Origin: Cyanobacteria bacterium J06638_20
Lineage (GTDB): Bacteria > Cyanobacteriota > Cyanobacteriia > Elainellales > Elainellaceae
Reading direction: 5' to 3'
DNA: 64,000 nt
Assembly: GCA_039819245.1 (NCBI GenBank)
Contig: JBCBSJ010000001.1
Location: 21,941 to 85,940, forward strand
The notes beneath the pieces are model-generated. The model was not told where the DNA came from. It saw only the letters and a list, made by a program, of their open reading frames with translations, and ran no database searches. The position numbers and the translations under genes are program-made. Numbering within the stretch: position 1 is the first letter of the stretch; each line of letters opens with the position of its first letter. Positions 50,841 through 61,900 of this stretch are shown here, piece after piece.

Positions 50841-52046
50841 CTAGTCAGGCAAGAACACACAGTCATGGGCTGACCATCGGAGAGTCACAAGTTGACCTTC
50901 CTGAAGATTGGCCGCTGTCCAATCCTGGGTGCGAACCTTGTAGAGCAATTCTTGTCCGGTCGCTTCGGCTAACAGCCCCACCCGCGTCACGTAGCCAGTG
51001 AGCTCAACGTCTACAACGCGAGCCGAAAGGTGGTTGGCCTGAGCCGAGGGCGCACTCGCCGATTCATGGGGCGCTAGGACGGTAAGCAAATCAGGACGAA
51101 TGGAGCAGGCCGCCGTTTGGCCTGGCTGAATTCCATGGCCGCGACAGAAGAGCGAGCCCACACGCTCTACCTCAAGCTCAATCATATCCATGCCTTCACT
51201 ATCGGGAACAGAACCCACAACTGTGCCTTCAAAAATGTTGTTGTCGCCGATGAACTTCGCGACGAAGCGGGAAGCAGGCGTGCTGAATAGCTCAGTAGGC
51301 GTGGCAACTTGGGCAATGTGCCCATGATCCATCACTACGATTTGATCGGATAGGGAAAAGGCTTCCTCAACGTGGTGAGTGACCTGGATAAACGTGAGGC
51401 CAAACTGCTTTTGAATTTTGCGTAATTCACTCCGCATCCGCACGCGCAAATTTTCATCCAGGGCACTCAGGGGTTCATCTAGCATTAGAACTTGAGGGCG
51501 GGTGACTAGGGCACGGGCTAACGCAATACGTTGCTGTTGCCCGCCGCTGAGCTGATCCGGTTTACGATCGCGGGTATAACTCAAGCCCACGAGTTCTAGA
51601 ATTTCACTCACCCGAGCCTGTCGCTCAGCGGCATTGATGCCGTTCATGCGCAGCCCGAACTCCACATTTTGCCAGACGGTTTTGTGGGGAAACAGGGCGT
51701 AATTCTGAAACATCATGGCGGTGTTGCGTTTAGCAGGGGGTAAGGCATTCACGCGGCGATCGCCAATCAAAACATCCCCACTGGTCACCGATTCGTGGCC
51801 TGCGATCATCCGCAGCGTCGTGGTTTTGCCACAGCCACTCGGCCCCAGCAAACAGCAGTAGGACCCCGCTGGGATATCTAACGTGACGTTCTCGACAGCC
51901 GTGACAGAACCGTATCGCTTCGTCACTGACCGTAAAGCAACGCCAGCAGCTTGACCCGCTAGAACCTGCTGAATGTTGTCAGACGCGTTGACCTGAGTGG
52001 GCAGCACAGGTGTTGAGGGCAGGTTGTCCATATTGACTGTCATCAC
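50841..52046 (-). CDS. PotA-like ABC ATPase
   Basis: GPSGCGKTT, FQNYALFPH, LSGGQQQR, TOBE-like tail. Confidence 0.9.
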   Translation of the reverse strand: MMTVNMDNLPSTPVLPTQVNASDNIQQVLAGQAAGVALRSVTKRYGSVTAVENVTLDIPAGSYCCLLGPSGCGKTTTLRMIAGHESVTSGDVLIGDRRVNALPPAKRNTAMMFQNYALFPHKTVWQNVEFGLRMNGINAAERQARVSEILELVGLSYTRDRKPDQLSGGQQQRIALARALVTRPQVLMLDEPLSALDENLRVRMRSELRKIQKQFGLTFIQVTHHVEEAFSLSDQIVVMDHGHIAQVATPTELFSTPASRFVAKFIGDNNIFEGTVVGSVPDSEGMDMIELEVERVGSLFCRGHGIQPGQTAACSIRPDLLTVLAPHESASAPSAQANHLSARVVDVELTGYVTRVGLLAEATGQELLYKVRTQDWTAANLQEGQLVTLRWSAHDCVFLPD

Positions 52047-52503
52047 ATTTCACCGTCATGAAACAATAGCGCTTTGCCCGGATGCGCAACTAATCTCCCA
52101 TATCAGAATTTACGAAACTGTAGCAGTTGCAGCAGCTATCGCCGACAATGCAGTGCTCACAGATGGCGACTTGACTCATCAGGGCAACGCTGACACTGCC
52201 CTATCCAGGCTCAGGCGTTAGTCGATCATGAACCCAGCCGACATCACTATCCTGCCTGCTGCCAGCTTTCTCAGGCAATTCTCGAAATTTCTTTGGCGCA
52301 AAGATATATGATGTGTTCTCTGATTATCTGCAAAACTCAGGTACAAGGAGCCATACGTATGCCTTGATGCATCCTATGACTATATTGCTTCTGACTATAT
52401 TGCTTCAGCCAGCCAGGACTGATGCCGTTGCATCCGGGCACGCCCCCCAAGGCTGAGGGAAGCCTGATGCAAAGTTCCCCAAAAAATCAGGGCACTTGAG
52501 GGG

Positions 52504-54717
52504 ATGCTGTATCAGTCCTATCAACTTAAGACACTGCCGATCATTTCGCTTAAAGATACTTCCCTCATGATTGCTCTCTGTTCAGCGTTCGCAACTTTTT
52601 TGGTTCGTCACGGCAAATTTTCCTTAGCTTCCGCCCTGCTATGGCCGTTCTTGGCCGTTCCCGTTGCCGCCGAAATTATCAACGTTGGCTACGGAACGGA
52701 AGACCTGCCGAGCCTCAGTGAAGATGAACGAGTGAAGCTGGACACGCTGCATGAAACGCGCATCCCCATTATCTTGAGCGACATTAGCCCGGATCAATCC
52801 ACCGTCGTGATTGCAACGAACGATCGCCTCAGTCAGACCGACTGGCGAGTCAAGTTTTTGAATCTCAACACGGGAGAGTTACAAGATTCTATCGCCCTGG
52901 ATTCCGAGGTCTTTAGCCCGACGGTTCCGATTCAGTGGGTAGACAACAAAACGATTCGCTTCATCCAAGACAGCTTATTTGGGCCGTGGGCGATTCTCTC
53001 CCTCAACCGCGATACGGGCATTGTGTCCAACACGACGGTGTATCCGACGGAAAATGAATCCGGCGAAATCTTGGGCGCAGCTCCAGATTTTTCGCGCTTT
53101 GCCCTGCGGGTGTACGAGGGTGAAGAAGATGTGATTTATCTGGTGGCCTTGCGATCGCTCAACCGCATTGAGGTGGCACGCTTGCCAGAGGGCATGGCCA
53201 TTCAGCCGCCGTCCTGGTCGGCCGATGGTCGCCGCGTGGCGTTTGTCACGTCTTCCGTAGAAGAGCGAGCTTTGTACGAGCGTACGCCCTTTAGTCCCAA
53301 CCTAGCGGATCCGGTGACTCAAGATGCCTTAGGACGCACGCCGCCAGAAGACAACATGTTTTTGCAGCAGAGTGCGGTTAAAGTCTACGACTTGAGTCGG
53401 CTCCAGCCCCTTCAGTTAGAGCTCAGCGCAACCGATGATGCCGCAGGGCATATCCTGACCGAAGCGCAGATGAGTCCCGAGGGCGATCGCGTTCTGGTGA
53501 AGGTGTTGGAACCTGGTGCCGTAGAAGGCCGCCAGCATCCTACTTTTCTCTATCCCCAAAGGGCCTACTATCAGGTGTACGACCTAGAGGGGAATCGGCT
53601 GGATACGATTGCCGATCCGGTTCTTGATGGGCCGCTGGAGAATTCGGGCCAATTTGTTGACTCGGATACGCTGATCTTTCATGCCACGGTGGGCACTAAT
53701 CGTCATCTCTACACCTATGAATTGGGGGCAAGTGAACTCCAAAAGCTCCCTATCCCAGATGGCAGCGTTGATTTTGAATCGTGGCGCGTTTCTTCTGATG
53801 GAGCCGACCTGATTTACGTTTTCTCTTCGGTGACGCAGCCCCCTGAACTCTTTTCGATTCCCTTGGATGGTAGCGGTGAGCCGACAAAACTGACGGACAT
53901 CAACGCTGATGTGGCTGCGGTGAATGAAGTCCAGGTCAACTCGGTTAGTTTTGAGACGCAAAATGGACGCCGTGAGGGATTCTTGATCCAGCCTGCTGGC
54001 ACCCCATTTCCGCCGGAAGAAGATGCGATCGTCTTTTGGCAACAGGGTGGGCCTGGTTTCTCCATGGTGAATGAATTCGCCATCGAAGTCGAAATGCCCT
54101 TTAACTTACTCCCGAACTTTGGGGTGTCGGTCCTGTCTGTCCCGCTGGCCGGTCGGGAAGGGTTAGGAACCGACCTCTATCGTCTCCAAGCGGATGGCAA
54201 TAATTTTGGCCAGGTGGACATTATTGAAGGGGTTGAAATCGCCTCGCAATTGGTGCGCGATGGGTGGACGACATCGAGTCAGCTCGGCGTGACGGGCTGT
54301 TCCTACGGCGGGTACTATTCAGCTCAAGCGATCGCGCGCTTCCCGGATGTCTTTGCGGCGGCAAATCCTCAATGCTCTTTGCTAGATGCGTTCACGGAAT
54401 GGCAGTTGGGCTATTCGTCCCTGCTGTCCTATCTCACCGGACTCACCCCCATGGAAGCCCCGGAGGTGTATCAGCAAATCTCACCCCTCTACAGCGCCGA
54501 TCGCATTACTGCAGCCACGATGATTTTCCACGGCTCGGATGATTTTCTCCAGGTGGATATGGCCCGCAATTTTCACGATGTAATCGACAGCAATGGGGTG
54601 CCGGTCATGATGTATGAGTTTGAAGGCATCGGTCACAGCATTTTTGATGTGAGTTTCCAACGCACCGCTGCCCAACTTCAAGTGGATTTCTTTCGGGAAC
54701 ATCTGCGAGGGGAATAA
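52504..54717 (+). CDS. Secreted S9 family peptidase
   Basis: Signal peptide, propeller-like region, GCSYGG nucleophile, HGSDD, GH. Confidence 0.85.
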   Translation: MLYQSYQLKTLPIISLKDTSLMIALCSAFATFLVRHGKFSLASALLWPFLAVPVAAEIINVGYGTEDLPSLSEDERVKLDTLHETRIPIILSDISPDQSTVVIATNDRLSQTDWRVKFLNLNTGELQDSIALDSEVFSPTVPIQWVDNKTIRFIQDSLFGPWAILSLNRDTGIVSNTTVYPTENESGEILGAAPDFSRFALRVYEGEEDVIYLVALRSLNRIEVARLPEGMAIQPPSWSADGRRVAFVTSSVEERALYERTPFSPNLADPVTQDALGRTPPEDNMFLQQSAVKVYDLSRLQPLQLELSATDDAAGHILTEAQMSPEGDRVLVKVLEPGAVEGRQHPTFLYPQRAYYQVYDLEGNRLDTIADPVLDGPLENSGQFVDSDTLIFHATVGTNRHLYTYELGASELQKLPIPDGSVDFESWRVSSDGADLIYVFSSVTQPPELFSIPLDGSGEPTKLTDINADVAAVNEVQVNSVSFETQNGRREGFLIQPAGTPFPPEEDAIVFWQQGGPGFSMVNEFAIEVEMPFNLLPNFGVSVLSVPLAGREGLGTDLYRLQADGNNFGQVDIIEGVEIASQLVRDGWTTSSQLGVTGCSYGGYYSAQAIARFPDVFAAANPQCSLLDAFTEWQLGYSSLLSYLTGLTPMEAPEVYQQISPLYSADRITAATMIFHGSDDFLQVDMARNFHDVIDSNGVPVMMYEFEGIGHSIFDVSFQRTAAQLQVDFFREHLRGE

Positions 54718-54724
54718 GGCCAGG

Positions 54725-54774
54725 TTTGAATTCGGAATTCGGAATTCGGAAGTCGGAAGTCGGAAGTCGGAATT
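54725..54774 (+). repeat. Heptamer tandem repeat (TTCGGAA/GTCGGAA)
   Basis: About six units. Confidence 0.8.
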
Positions 54775-54878
54775 TTGTCCAAGCTAGACTGAATTTAGTG
54801 CCTTGACTGGGATGAAGTCTGTATAGCCCTGCCCTTCACTTGCATGACAACAGTCCTATAGACACAGCTTTACAATAG

Positions 54879-55208
54879 ATGAGCGCGATTCAGGTTTCTC
54901 CTATGATGTCTCAGCAATTCCTGGAAAACGAAGCTCAAACCGATGAATCGGTCGTGACTGACCTGGACATCAGTCATCTGGTGATTGAGGACGATACGCC
55001 AGTGGACAACTTGCAATCCGCTCAGCAGCAACGGTTGCTAGTGGAACCCCTCTACAGCAGCACTGCAATACCTCGACCGTTTCTGGCCGATGCCAATGTG
55101 GGGTTATTTTACAAAGCTATCGGTAGCCATAAAATCACGATCATGTGTTTTTGGGTGATTTTGTTCGTGATGCCTTGCCATAATTTCCCAGATTCTTTGC
55201 GGCTCTAG
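54879..55208 (+). pseudogene. Truncated Uma2 gene
   Basis: EDDTPVDN..QQRLLVEPLY..ANVGLFY, then unrelated AT-rich sequence. Confidence 0.65.
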
Positions 55209-55264
55209 GGATTTATAGAATTACATGGAGCATCTGCAATCAGACCTAATCCCCCTCTGGACAT

Positions 55265-58024
55265 ATGACGACTGCTCAAGAACGCTTGCAAAAATTTGTT
55301 GGCTATTGTCGCGAACATCTTACAGGCGATGAGAAGGGTGAAGCCCAGATTTTTCTGGATCGTTTCTTCCGTGCCTTTGGACATGAGGGGGCAATCGAAG
55401 CCGGGGCCACCTACGAAGAGCGCATCCACAAGGGCAGTAAAAAGGGCAAAACCGGCTTTGCCGATCTGGTTTGGAAACCCCGCGTGCTGATCGAGATGAA
55501 AAAGCGCGGCGCTGACCTCACCAAGCACTATTCTCAAGCCTTTGACTACTGGCAGCGAGCTGTGCCCAACCGCCCCCGCTACGTGATGCTGTGCAACTTT
55601 GATGAGTTTTGGGTCTACGACTTTGACACGCAAATCGACACCCCCATCGATACCGTGGCTCTGGCCGACCTGCCCGATCGCGTTGCCACCTTTGGCTTTA
55701 TGGAAGTCACCGAACGCCAGTCGGTCTTTGGCAACAACCAGGTCGAAGTGACGGAAAAAGCCGCTGGCCGCATGGGCGAGCTGTACCAAATCTTGCGCGA
55801 TCGCCTGATCAAACAAGGACTCCCCTCGCCCAGTTTTGGGAGAGGGGCTGGGGGTGAGGGCCAAAGCGCCGAACTCGTCGCTCAGCGCTTTGTGTTGCAG
55901 TGTGTGCTGGCCATGTTTGCCGAAGACCGCCAACTGCTGCCTCGCAGCCTGTTTGTGCGATCGGTGCAAGACTGCCTCCAGGGTGAAAGTTCCTACGATG
56001 TCATCGGTGGCCTGTTTCGCGCCATGAATACTCGCGATGTTGTCCCCGCCGGACGCTTCCAAGGGGTGGACTATTTCAACGGTGGCTTGTTTGCCGAAAT
56101 TCACCCGCTGGAACTGACCCAACCCGAACTCAAATTTCTGGAAGTCTCCGCGCTAGAAGACTGGAGCAAAGTGCGCCCCGCCATCTTTGGCAACATCTTT
56201 GAATCGGCTATTGATGAAGGCGATCGCCACGCCCACGGCATTCACTACACTGCCGAAGCGGACATCATGAAAATCGTGCGCCCCACCATCTCCCGCTATT
56301 GGGAAGAGCGCATCGAGCAGGCCAACACCATCAAACAGCTCGAAGCCCTGCAAATCGAACTGCGCAACTACCGCGTCCTCGACCCCGCCTGCGGCTCCGG
56401 CAACTTTCTCTACATCGCCTATCAAGAACTCAAACAGATCGAACAAGACCTGCTGGATAAAATCGCCGAACGCCGCCGCACCGCTGACCTGCAAATGCAA
56501 ATGGGCTACGTCACGCCCCTGCAATTTTTCGGCATCGACAACAACCCGTTTGCGGTGGAGCTGGCGCGGGTGACGCTGATGATTGCGCGAAAAGTCGCGA
56601 TCGATCGCCTCGGCCTCTACGAACCCGCCCTGCCGCTGGACACGCTGAATCAAAATATTTGCTGCCAAGATGCCCTGTTTACAAAGTGGCCCAAGGCGGA
56701 TGCAATTATTGGGAATCCACCATTTTTAGGTGGGCATTTAATGCGACAGTCGCTTAGCGATGAGTATGTAGAAAAAACTTTTGAGAAATTCTCGGATATT
56801 AAAAATCAACAAATTGATTTTGCCTGCTACTGGTTTCGCTTAGCCAATGATTGCTTATCAGAAAGAGCAAGAGCAGGTTTAGTTGGAACTAATTCGATTA
56901 GTCAAGGTAAGAGTAGAAATGCCTCACTTGAATACATAGTTAAAAATGGAGGCTTGATTCATGAAGCTATATCTACTCAATCTTGGTCAGGAGAGGCAAA
57001 TGTTCATGTAAGTATCGTCAACTGGGCTAAAGATAAGCCATCGCAGCTATATCTTGATCACAAAGCAGTTCGGAGAATAAATACTTCCTTAAAGTCCGAG
57101 GTTGATGTAACTCCCGCTCAAAAACTGAAGGTTTCATTAGAAAATAGTTTTAGAGGAGTTGAAACCAACGGCTCTGGATTCTTCATCACCAGTAAATTAG
57201 CTCATGAATGGATACATAAAGACTCTAAAAATTCTGATGTCGTAAAACCTTTTTCAGGAGGAGACAATCTGACAAGAAATCCTAACGGCGCAACGGATAG
57301 ATGGGTTATTGATTTTAATGAAATGTCTCTTGAAGTAGCAGACTCTCATGAATTACCTTTTGAATATGTCAAACAGCATGTAAAACCCAAAAGAGAAAAG
57401 AGCAAAGAGTCTGTTTTACGGGAGAGATGGTGGTGGTATAGAAGAACAAACCAACCTCTTAGGAAAGCCATTGACGGCCTGGAACTTTATTTCAACGTCT
57501 CTCGCTTATCGAAGTGGTTTATTTTTCTCCCGATTTCTGCAGATTGGCTCCCTGGAGATTCTACAACAGCAGTCACTTCAGATGATTTCTATATTCTTGG
57601 TCTTATTACTTCTAATACTCACAGGACTTGGGTTAGGGCACAGAGTTCAACCCTAGAAGATCGAACAAGATACACTCTTTCGACCTGTTTTCAAACCTTC
57701 CCCTTTCCCCAAAACCCAACCGCTGATATCGTTCAAGCCATCCGCGACCAAGCCCTCGAACTCCACCACTACCGCAGCGAGCAGATGGAACAAAAGCAGT
57801 GGGGCATCACCAAACTCTACAACGCCTACTTCCACGAACCCGCCAGCCAGCTCTACCAACTGCACAAACAGCTCGATGCCCTCGTGCTGCAAGCCTACGG
57901 CTTTAGCCCCGACGACGATCGCCTCGAAAAACTCCTCGCCCTCAACCTCGAACTCGCCGAGAGAGAAAAGCGCGGCGAACCCGTCATCGGCCCCTGGGAT
58001 CCGACACAAGACTCAAACCAGTAA
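55265..58024 (+). CDS. MmeI-like Type IIL/IIG restriction-modification enzyme
   Basis: N-terminal AD...IEMK nuclease motif, DPACGSGNF (motif I), GNPPF (motif IV), C-terminal TRD ending FQTFPFP. Confidence 0.88.
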   Translation: MTTAQERLQKFVGYCREHLTGDEKGEAQIFLDRFFRAFGHEGAIEAGATYEERIHKGSKKGKTGFADLVWKPRVLIEMKKRGADLTKHYSQAFDYWQRAVPNRPRYVMLCNFDEFWVYDFDTQIDTPIDTVALADLPDRVATFGFMEVTERQSVFGNNQVEVTEKAAGRMGELYQILRDRLIKQGLPSPSFGRGAGGEGQSAELVAQRFVLQCVLAMFAEDRQLLPRSLFVRSVQDCLQGESSYDVIGGLFRAMNTRDVVPAGRFQGVDYFNGGLFAEIHPLELTQPELKFLEVSALEDWSKVRPAIFGNIFESAIDEGDRHAHGIHYTAEADIMKIVRPTISRYWEERIEQANTIKQLEALQIELRNYRVLDPACGSGNFLYIAYQELKQIEQDLLDKIAERRRTADLQMQMGYVTPLQFFGIDNNPFAVELARVTLMIARKVAIDRLGLYEPALPLDTLNQNICCQDALFTKWPKADAIIGNPPFLGGHLMRQSLSDEYVEKTFEKFSDIKNQQIDFACYWFRLANDCLSERARAGLVGTNSISQGKSRNASLEYIVKNGGLIHEAISTQSWSGEANVHVSIVNWAKDKPSQLYLDHKAVRRINTSLKSEVDVTPAQKLKVSLENSFRGVETNGSGFFITSKLAHEWIHKDSKNSDVVKPFSGGDNLTRNPNGATDRWVIDFNEMSLEVADSHELPFEYVKQHVKPKREKSKESVLRERWWWYRRTNQPLRKAIDGLELYFNVSRLSKWFIFLPISADWLPGDSTTAVTSDDFYILGLITSNTHRTWVRAQSSTLEDRTRYTLSTCFQTFPFPQNPTADIVQAIRDQALELHHYRSEQMEQKQWGITKLYNAYFHEPASQLYQLHKQLDALVLQAYGFSPDDDRLEKLLALNLELAEREKRGEPVIGPWDPTQDSNQ

Positions 58025-58052
58025 GCTAAATAAACGATCAGGAGTCCCCGCT

Positions 58053-58286
58053 ATGGAAACTGCCAAACTACTGACCAATGAGCAAGGCCAAGTTGTTGTT
58101 TTGCCCACTGAGTTTCGTTTTAACGGCACCGAAGTCTATATCAAGAAGATTGGCAACGCGATTATCTTGCTCAACAAAGACAACCCTTGGCAATCTCTGG
58201 TCGACAGTCTTGACCAGTTCACCGACGACTTTATGCTTGATCGCGATCAACCGCCTCTTGAAAGTCGAGAGAACCTATTTGAATGA
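58053..58286 (+). CDS. vapB: VapB/VagC antitoxin (AbrB-like)
   Basis: METAKL..QVVVLPTEFRF..EVYIKK; GGAG RBS; 4-nt overlap with vapC. Confidence 0.88.
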   Translation: METAKLLTNEQGQVVVLPTEFRFNGTEVYIKKIGNAIILLNKDNPWQSLVDSLDQFTDDFMLDRDQPPLESRENLFE

Positions 58287-58690
58287 AGTATTTGCTCGAT
58301 ACCAATATTTGCATTTACATCATCAAGCAAAAGCCAGCAGACGTTCTAGCTCGCTTTCAATCTCATCCCCCGACAGATATTAGTATTTCTTCCATCACCA
58401 TTGCAGAGCTAGAATATGGCGCTTGCAAAAGCCAGCAAGTGGACAAAAACAGAGCCGCTTTGCAGCAGTTCCTGTTGCCGTTGACCATCATAGATTTCAA
58501 TGCAGAGGCCACCCAGATTTATGGGCAAGTCAGAGCTGAACTCTCTAGACAAGGATGCATTATTGGCGCGATGGATTTACTCATTGCCGCCCAAGCATTG
58601 TCTCAAGATTTGACGCTCGTCACTAACAACACCCATGAGTTTTCTAGGGTTCCAGGTTTAAAGCTAGAGAATTGGGTTGATCAATCGTGA
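58283..58690 (+). CDS. vapC: VapC PIN-domain toxin
   Basis: YLLDTNICI, AELEYG, DLLIAAQA, VTNN..EF. Confidence 0.92.
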   Translation: MKYLLDTNICIYIIKQKPADVLARFQSHPPTDISISSITIAELEYGACKSQQVDKNRAALQQFLLPLTIIDFNAEATQIYGQVRAELSRQGCIIGAMDLLIAAQALSQDLTLVTNNTHEFSRVPGLKLENWVDQS

Positions 58691-58932
58691 AAAGCATCTG
58701 ACTGAAAGTGAGCGATCGCGCCAAGTCTCAAAACAGCATGCTCCATGTTGTGGGCAAGAAGCTCAGACCAGCCTTCATCCAACATTCAAATTCAGTAGAT
58801 GCACATAGAGAAAGATTCATCGCCTCAGGATAGTCACCTACCCGCCAGGGAACACTAGACCCAAGTTTCTGGGTGGGTAGCTTTGCATCACCAGTGGCTT
58901 GACTGCACCCTTCGTCACTCGCATCTATCCGT

Positions 58933-61900
58933 ATGAATCCTCTACAAGACGTCTTTATTTCCTACGGACGAGCCGACAGCAAACCCTTTGCTGAAAAGTT
59001 ACATCGTCACCTGGTCGCCCAAGGTCTAGAAGTCTGGTTTGACTTTGAAGACATTCCCCTAGGTGTAGATTATCAAAAACAAATTGATGATGGCATCGAA
59101 AAAGCGGACAACTTCCTCTTTGTCATTGCGCCTCACTCCATCAACTCGCCCTACTGTTGCTTAGAAGTAGAACTGGCCCTCAAGCGTAAAAAGCGCATTA
59201 TTCCCCTGCTCCACGTCCCTGAAATCAGCCGCGACACCTGGCAGCAGCGGAACCCCAACGGTACCGATGAGCAATGGGAGGCATACAAAGCCGCTGGCAA
59301 GCATTCCAGCTTTCCTAACATGCATCCCGTCATTGGCAAAATCAACTGGGTCTATTGCCGCGAAGGCATTGATGACTTTGACACAGGCTTTGCCGGTCTT
59401 CTCGAAATCTTGGAGCGGGATAAAGCCTATGTGCATGAGCATACCGTGCTGCTCACCCAAGCGCTGGCATGGGAAGCTCATCAAAAGCGTTCCCATTACC
59501 TGCTGACCCAAACTGAACGCCAGGACGCGGAAACTTGGTTGCGAAGACGCTTTAGCGATCGCCAACCGCCCTGTGAGCCGACGGTTCTGCACTGCGAGTT
59601 CATTACGGAGAGCATTAAGGCCGCTAACCGGGGCATGACCGATGTGTTTTTGTCCCACGCCACAGAAGATAAACCCTTTACAGAAGCGATGCGTCAAACG
59701 CTGATGCGTCAGGGCATGACCGTTTGGACGAACTATACGGATCTCACCACTGGGGAGGAGTTCCTAACGGCGATTAATCACGGTATTGAAAATGCTGATA
59801 ACCTCATCCTGGTTTTATCGCCCGACGCCCTGGACTCTCAATATTGTCAAGATGAAATTGCCTACGCACTGAGCCTCAATAAACGCATTATTCCTGTACT
59901 ATTGCACCCCGTCGATTGGGAGCAATTGCCGGAAAAGCTCCAGAGCATTCAGTACATTCAATATATTGACTTCAGCGACTGGTATGGCAAGCCGGAAGCC
60001 CTGCCCGTTCATGACCCGGCGGTGAGCCAACTTTTCAACAGTCTGAAGCAGGATGCTCAGTACTACCATCGCCATAAGCTCGCCCTCCATAAAGCTCTGA
60101 AATGGGAAACCCAGGGACGCAGCGAAAGTCTGCTCCTGCGAGGGAACACCCTGCGGCAATTTGAAGCCTGGTTAGGCATTGCGACTGACCGTAAAACCAG
60201 CATGGCTTTACCCCTCCAAATCGACTTGATTCAGGCCAGTAAAGCCCTGCCCCCCGATGCACCCGTCGAAGTATTTCTGGCCTATGACAGTGAGGATGCC
60301 GAGTTTGCCAGTCATCTCAACGATGCTTTGCAGGAGCAGGGCAAAAGCGTTTGGTTTGATGACGTATACGCTAATGCTGACGTCGACTATCAGGCCGAGC
60401 TAGAGGAAGGCATTGAACAAGCGGATAACGTCATCTTCGTGGTGCCAGCCGATCCCACAGCCAGTCCAGCGATGCAGCTGCTCGACCATGCAGTCAGTCT
60501 CGGGAAACGAATGATTCCCCTAGCGTTGCGCCCCACTGACTCGCTCGTAGCTCCCGAGGCGATCGCAGCTCTACCGCAAATCGATTTCCACACGCATCGT
60601 GAAGACTTCTACGCCCACTACAGCGAATTGGTTCGCACGCTGGACAGCGATCGCGACCATGTGCGGGGCCATACCAAGTGGCTAAATCGCGCCATGGAAT
60701 GGGAGGAGCAGGGCCGACCGAGCGATGCGCTGCTGCGAGGGAATGAGCTAGCAGTCGCGGAAATCTGGCTGCAAGAAGCCCTGGAGAAACTGAAGCAGCC
60801 GCTACCCACGGATCGCCAAAAAGAATTCATTCACGCGGGTCGCGCCGCGATCGAGGCGGCTGAGCGGGCCGCCAAGGAACGGCAAGAAAAAATGCTGCAA
60901 TTGCAGCAGGAACGAGCCCAAGAAGCGGAAGCTCGTCTCCATGCTGAGAAACGCAACGCCCGCATTCAGAAGTTTTTTCTGGGGGCTGTGAGCGTGGGTT
61001 TTGCGATCGCCTGTGGTCTCAGCGTCTCCACCTGGCTGCAATACCGTCAGTCTTTGATTAACGCTCTGGAGGCAACTGCCGAATCCAGCGCCGCGTTGTT
61101 TGCCTCAGATCAGAAGCTGAAAGCTGTAGTTGAAGCGGTGCGGGCCAAGCGACAGCTAGAAAAAATACCGGGCCAACAACCCGAATTAGAAGTGCTGACC
61201 GACGGCGTGCTCCAACAGGCGATTTACGGGGCACAAGCGACAAATCACCTGATGGGACACGAAGACTGGGTGGTTTCCGTGGGCTTTAGTCCCAATGGTG
61301 AACTGTTGGCCAGCGGTGGTAAAGATGGTGCGCTCAAGCTCTGGCAGGCCGATGGCAAACTCCTGCATGACCTTGAAGGGCACGAAGGTGGGGTCTGGGG
61401 ATTGGCCTTTAGTCCCGATGACCAACACCTGATTTCAGGTGGAGCCGACAATGTGCTGCGCATTTGGGATCTTGACGGCAAGCTCTTGCAAACGCTGGAG
61501 GGCCATGAAGCCACTATTACCAGCGTTGCCTACAGCCCTGACGGCCAAACGATCGCCTCGGCGAGTGTGGATAGCACGGTTCGACTCTGGAACGCTGAGG
61601 GCGATTCCCTCGCAATTTTGGATGACCATGGGGACACCGTCGTGTCGGTCGCCTTGAGTCCCGATGGTCAGGTCGTCGCTTCTTCAGATGTTGAGGGCAA
61701 CATTACGCTGTGGACTATTGACGGTGAAAAGAAGACCGTGATCGAAGGCCATGAAGGGCCTGTGTGGAATGTGACCTATAGCCCTGACGGGGAAATTCTG
61801 GCCTCGGTCGGAGCTGATGGTGCGATTAAGCTCTGGAACCCCGAAGGCGAATGGCTGAATACCCTGGAAGGCCACCGTGATGATGTCGAGGGTATTGCCT

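Noticed and set aside
55205..56122. 305-aa minus-strand ORF
   Set aside because: Antisense shadow of the GC-rich part of the R-M gene
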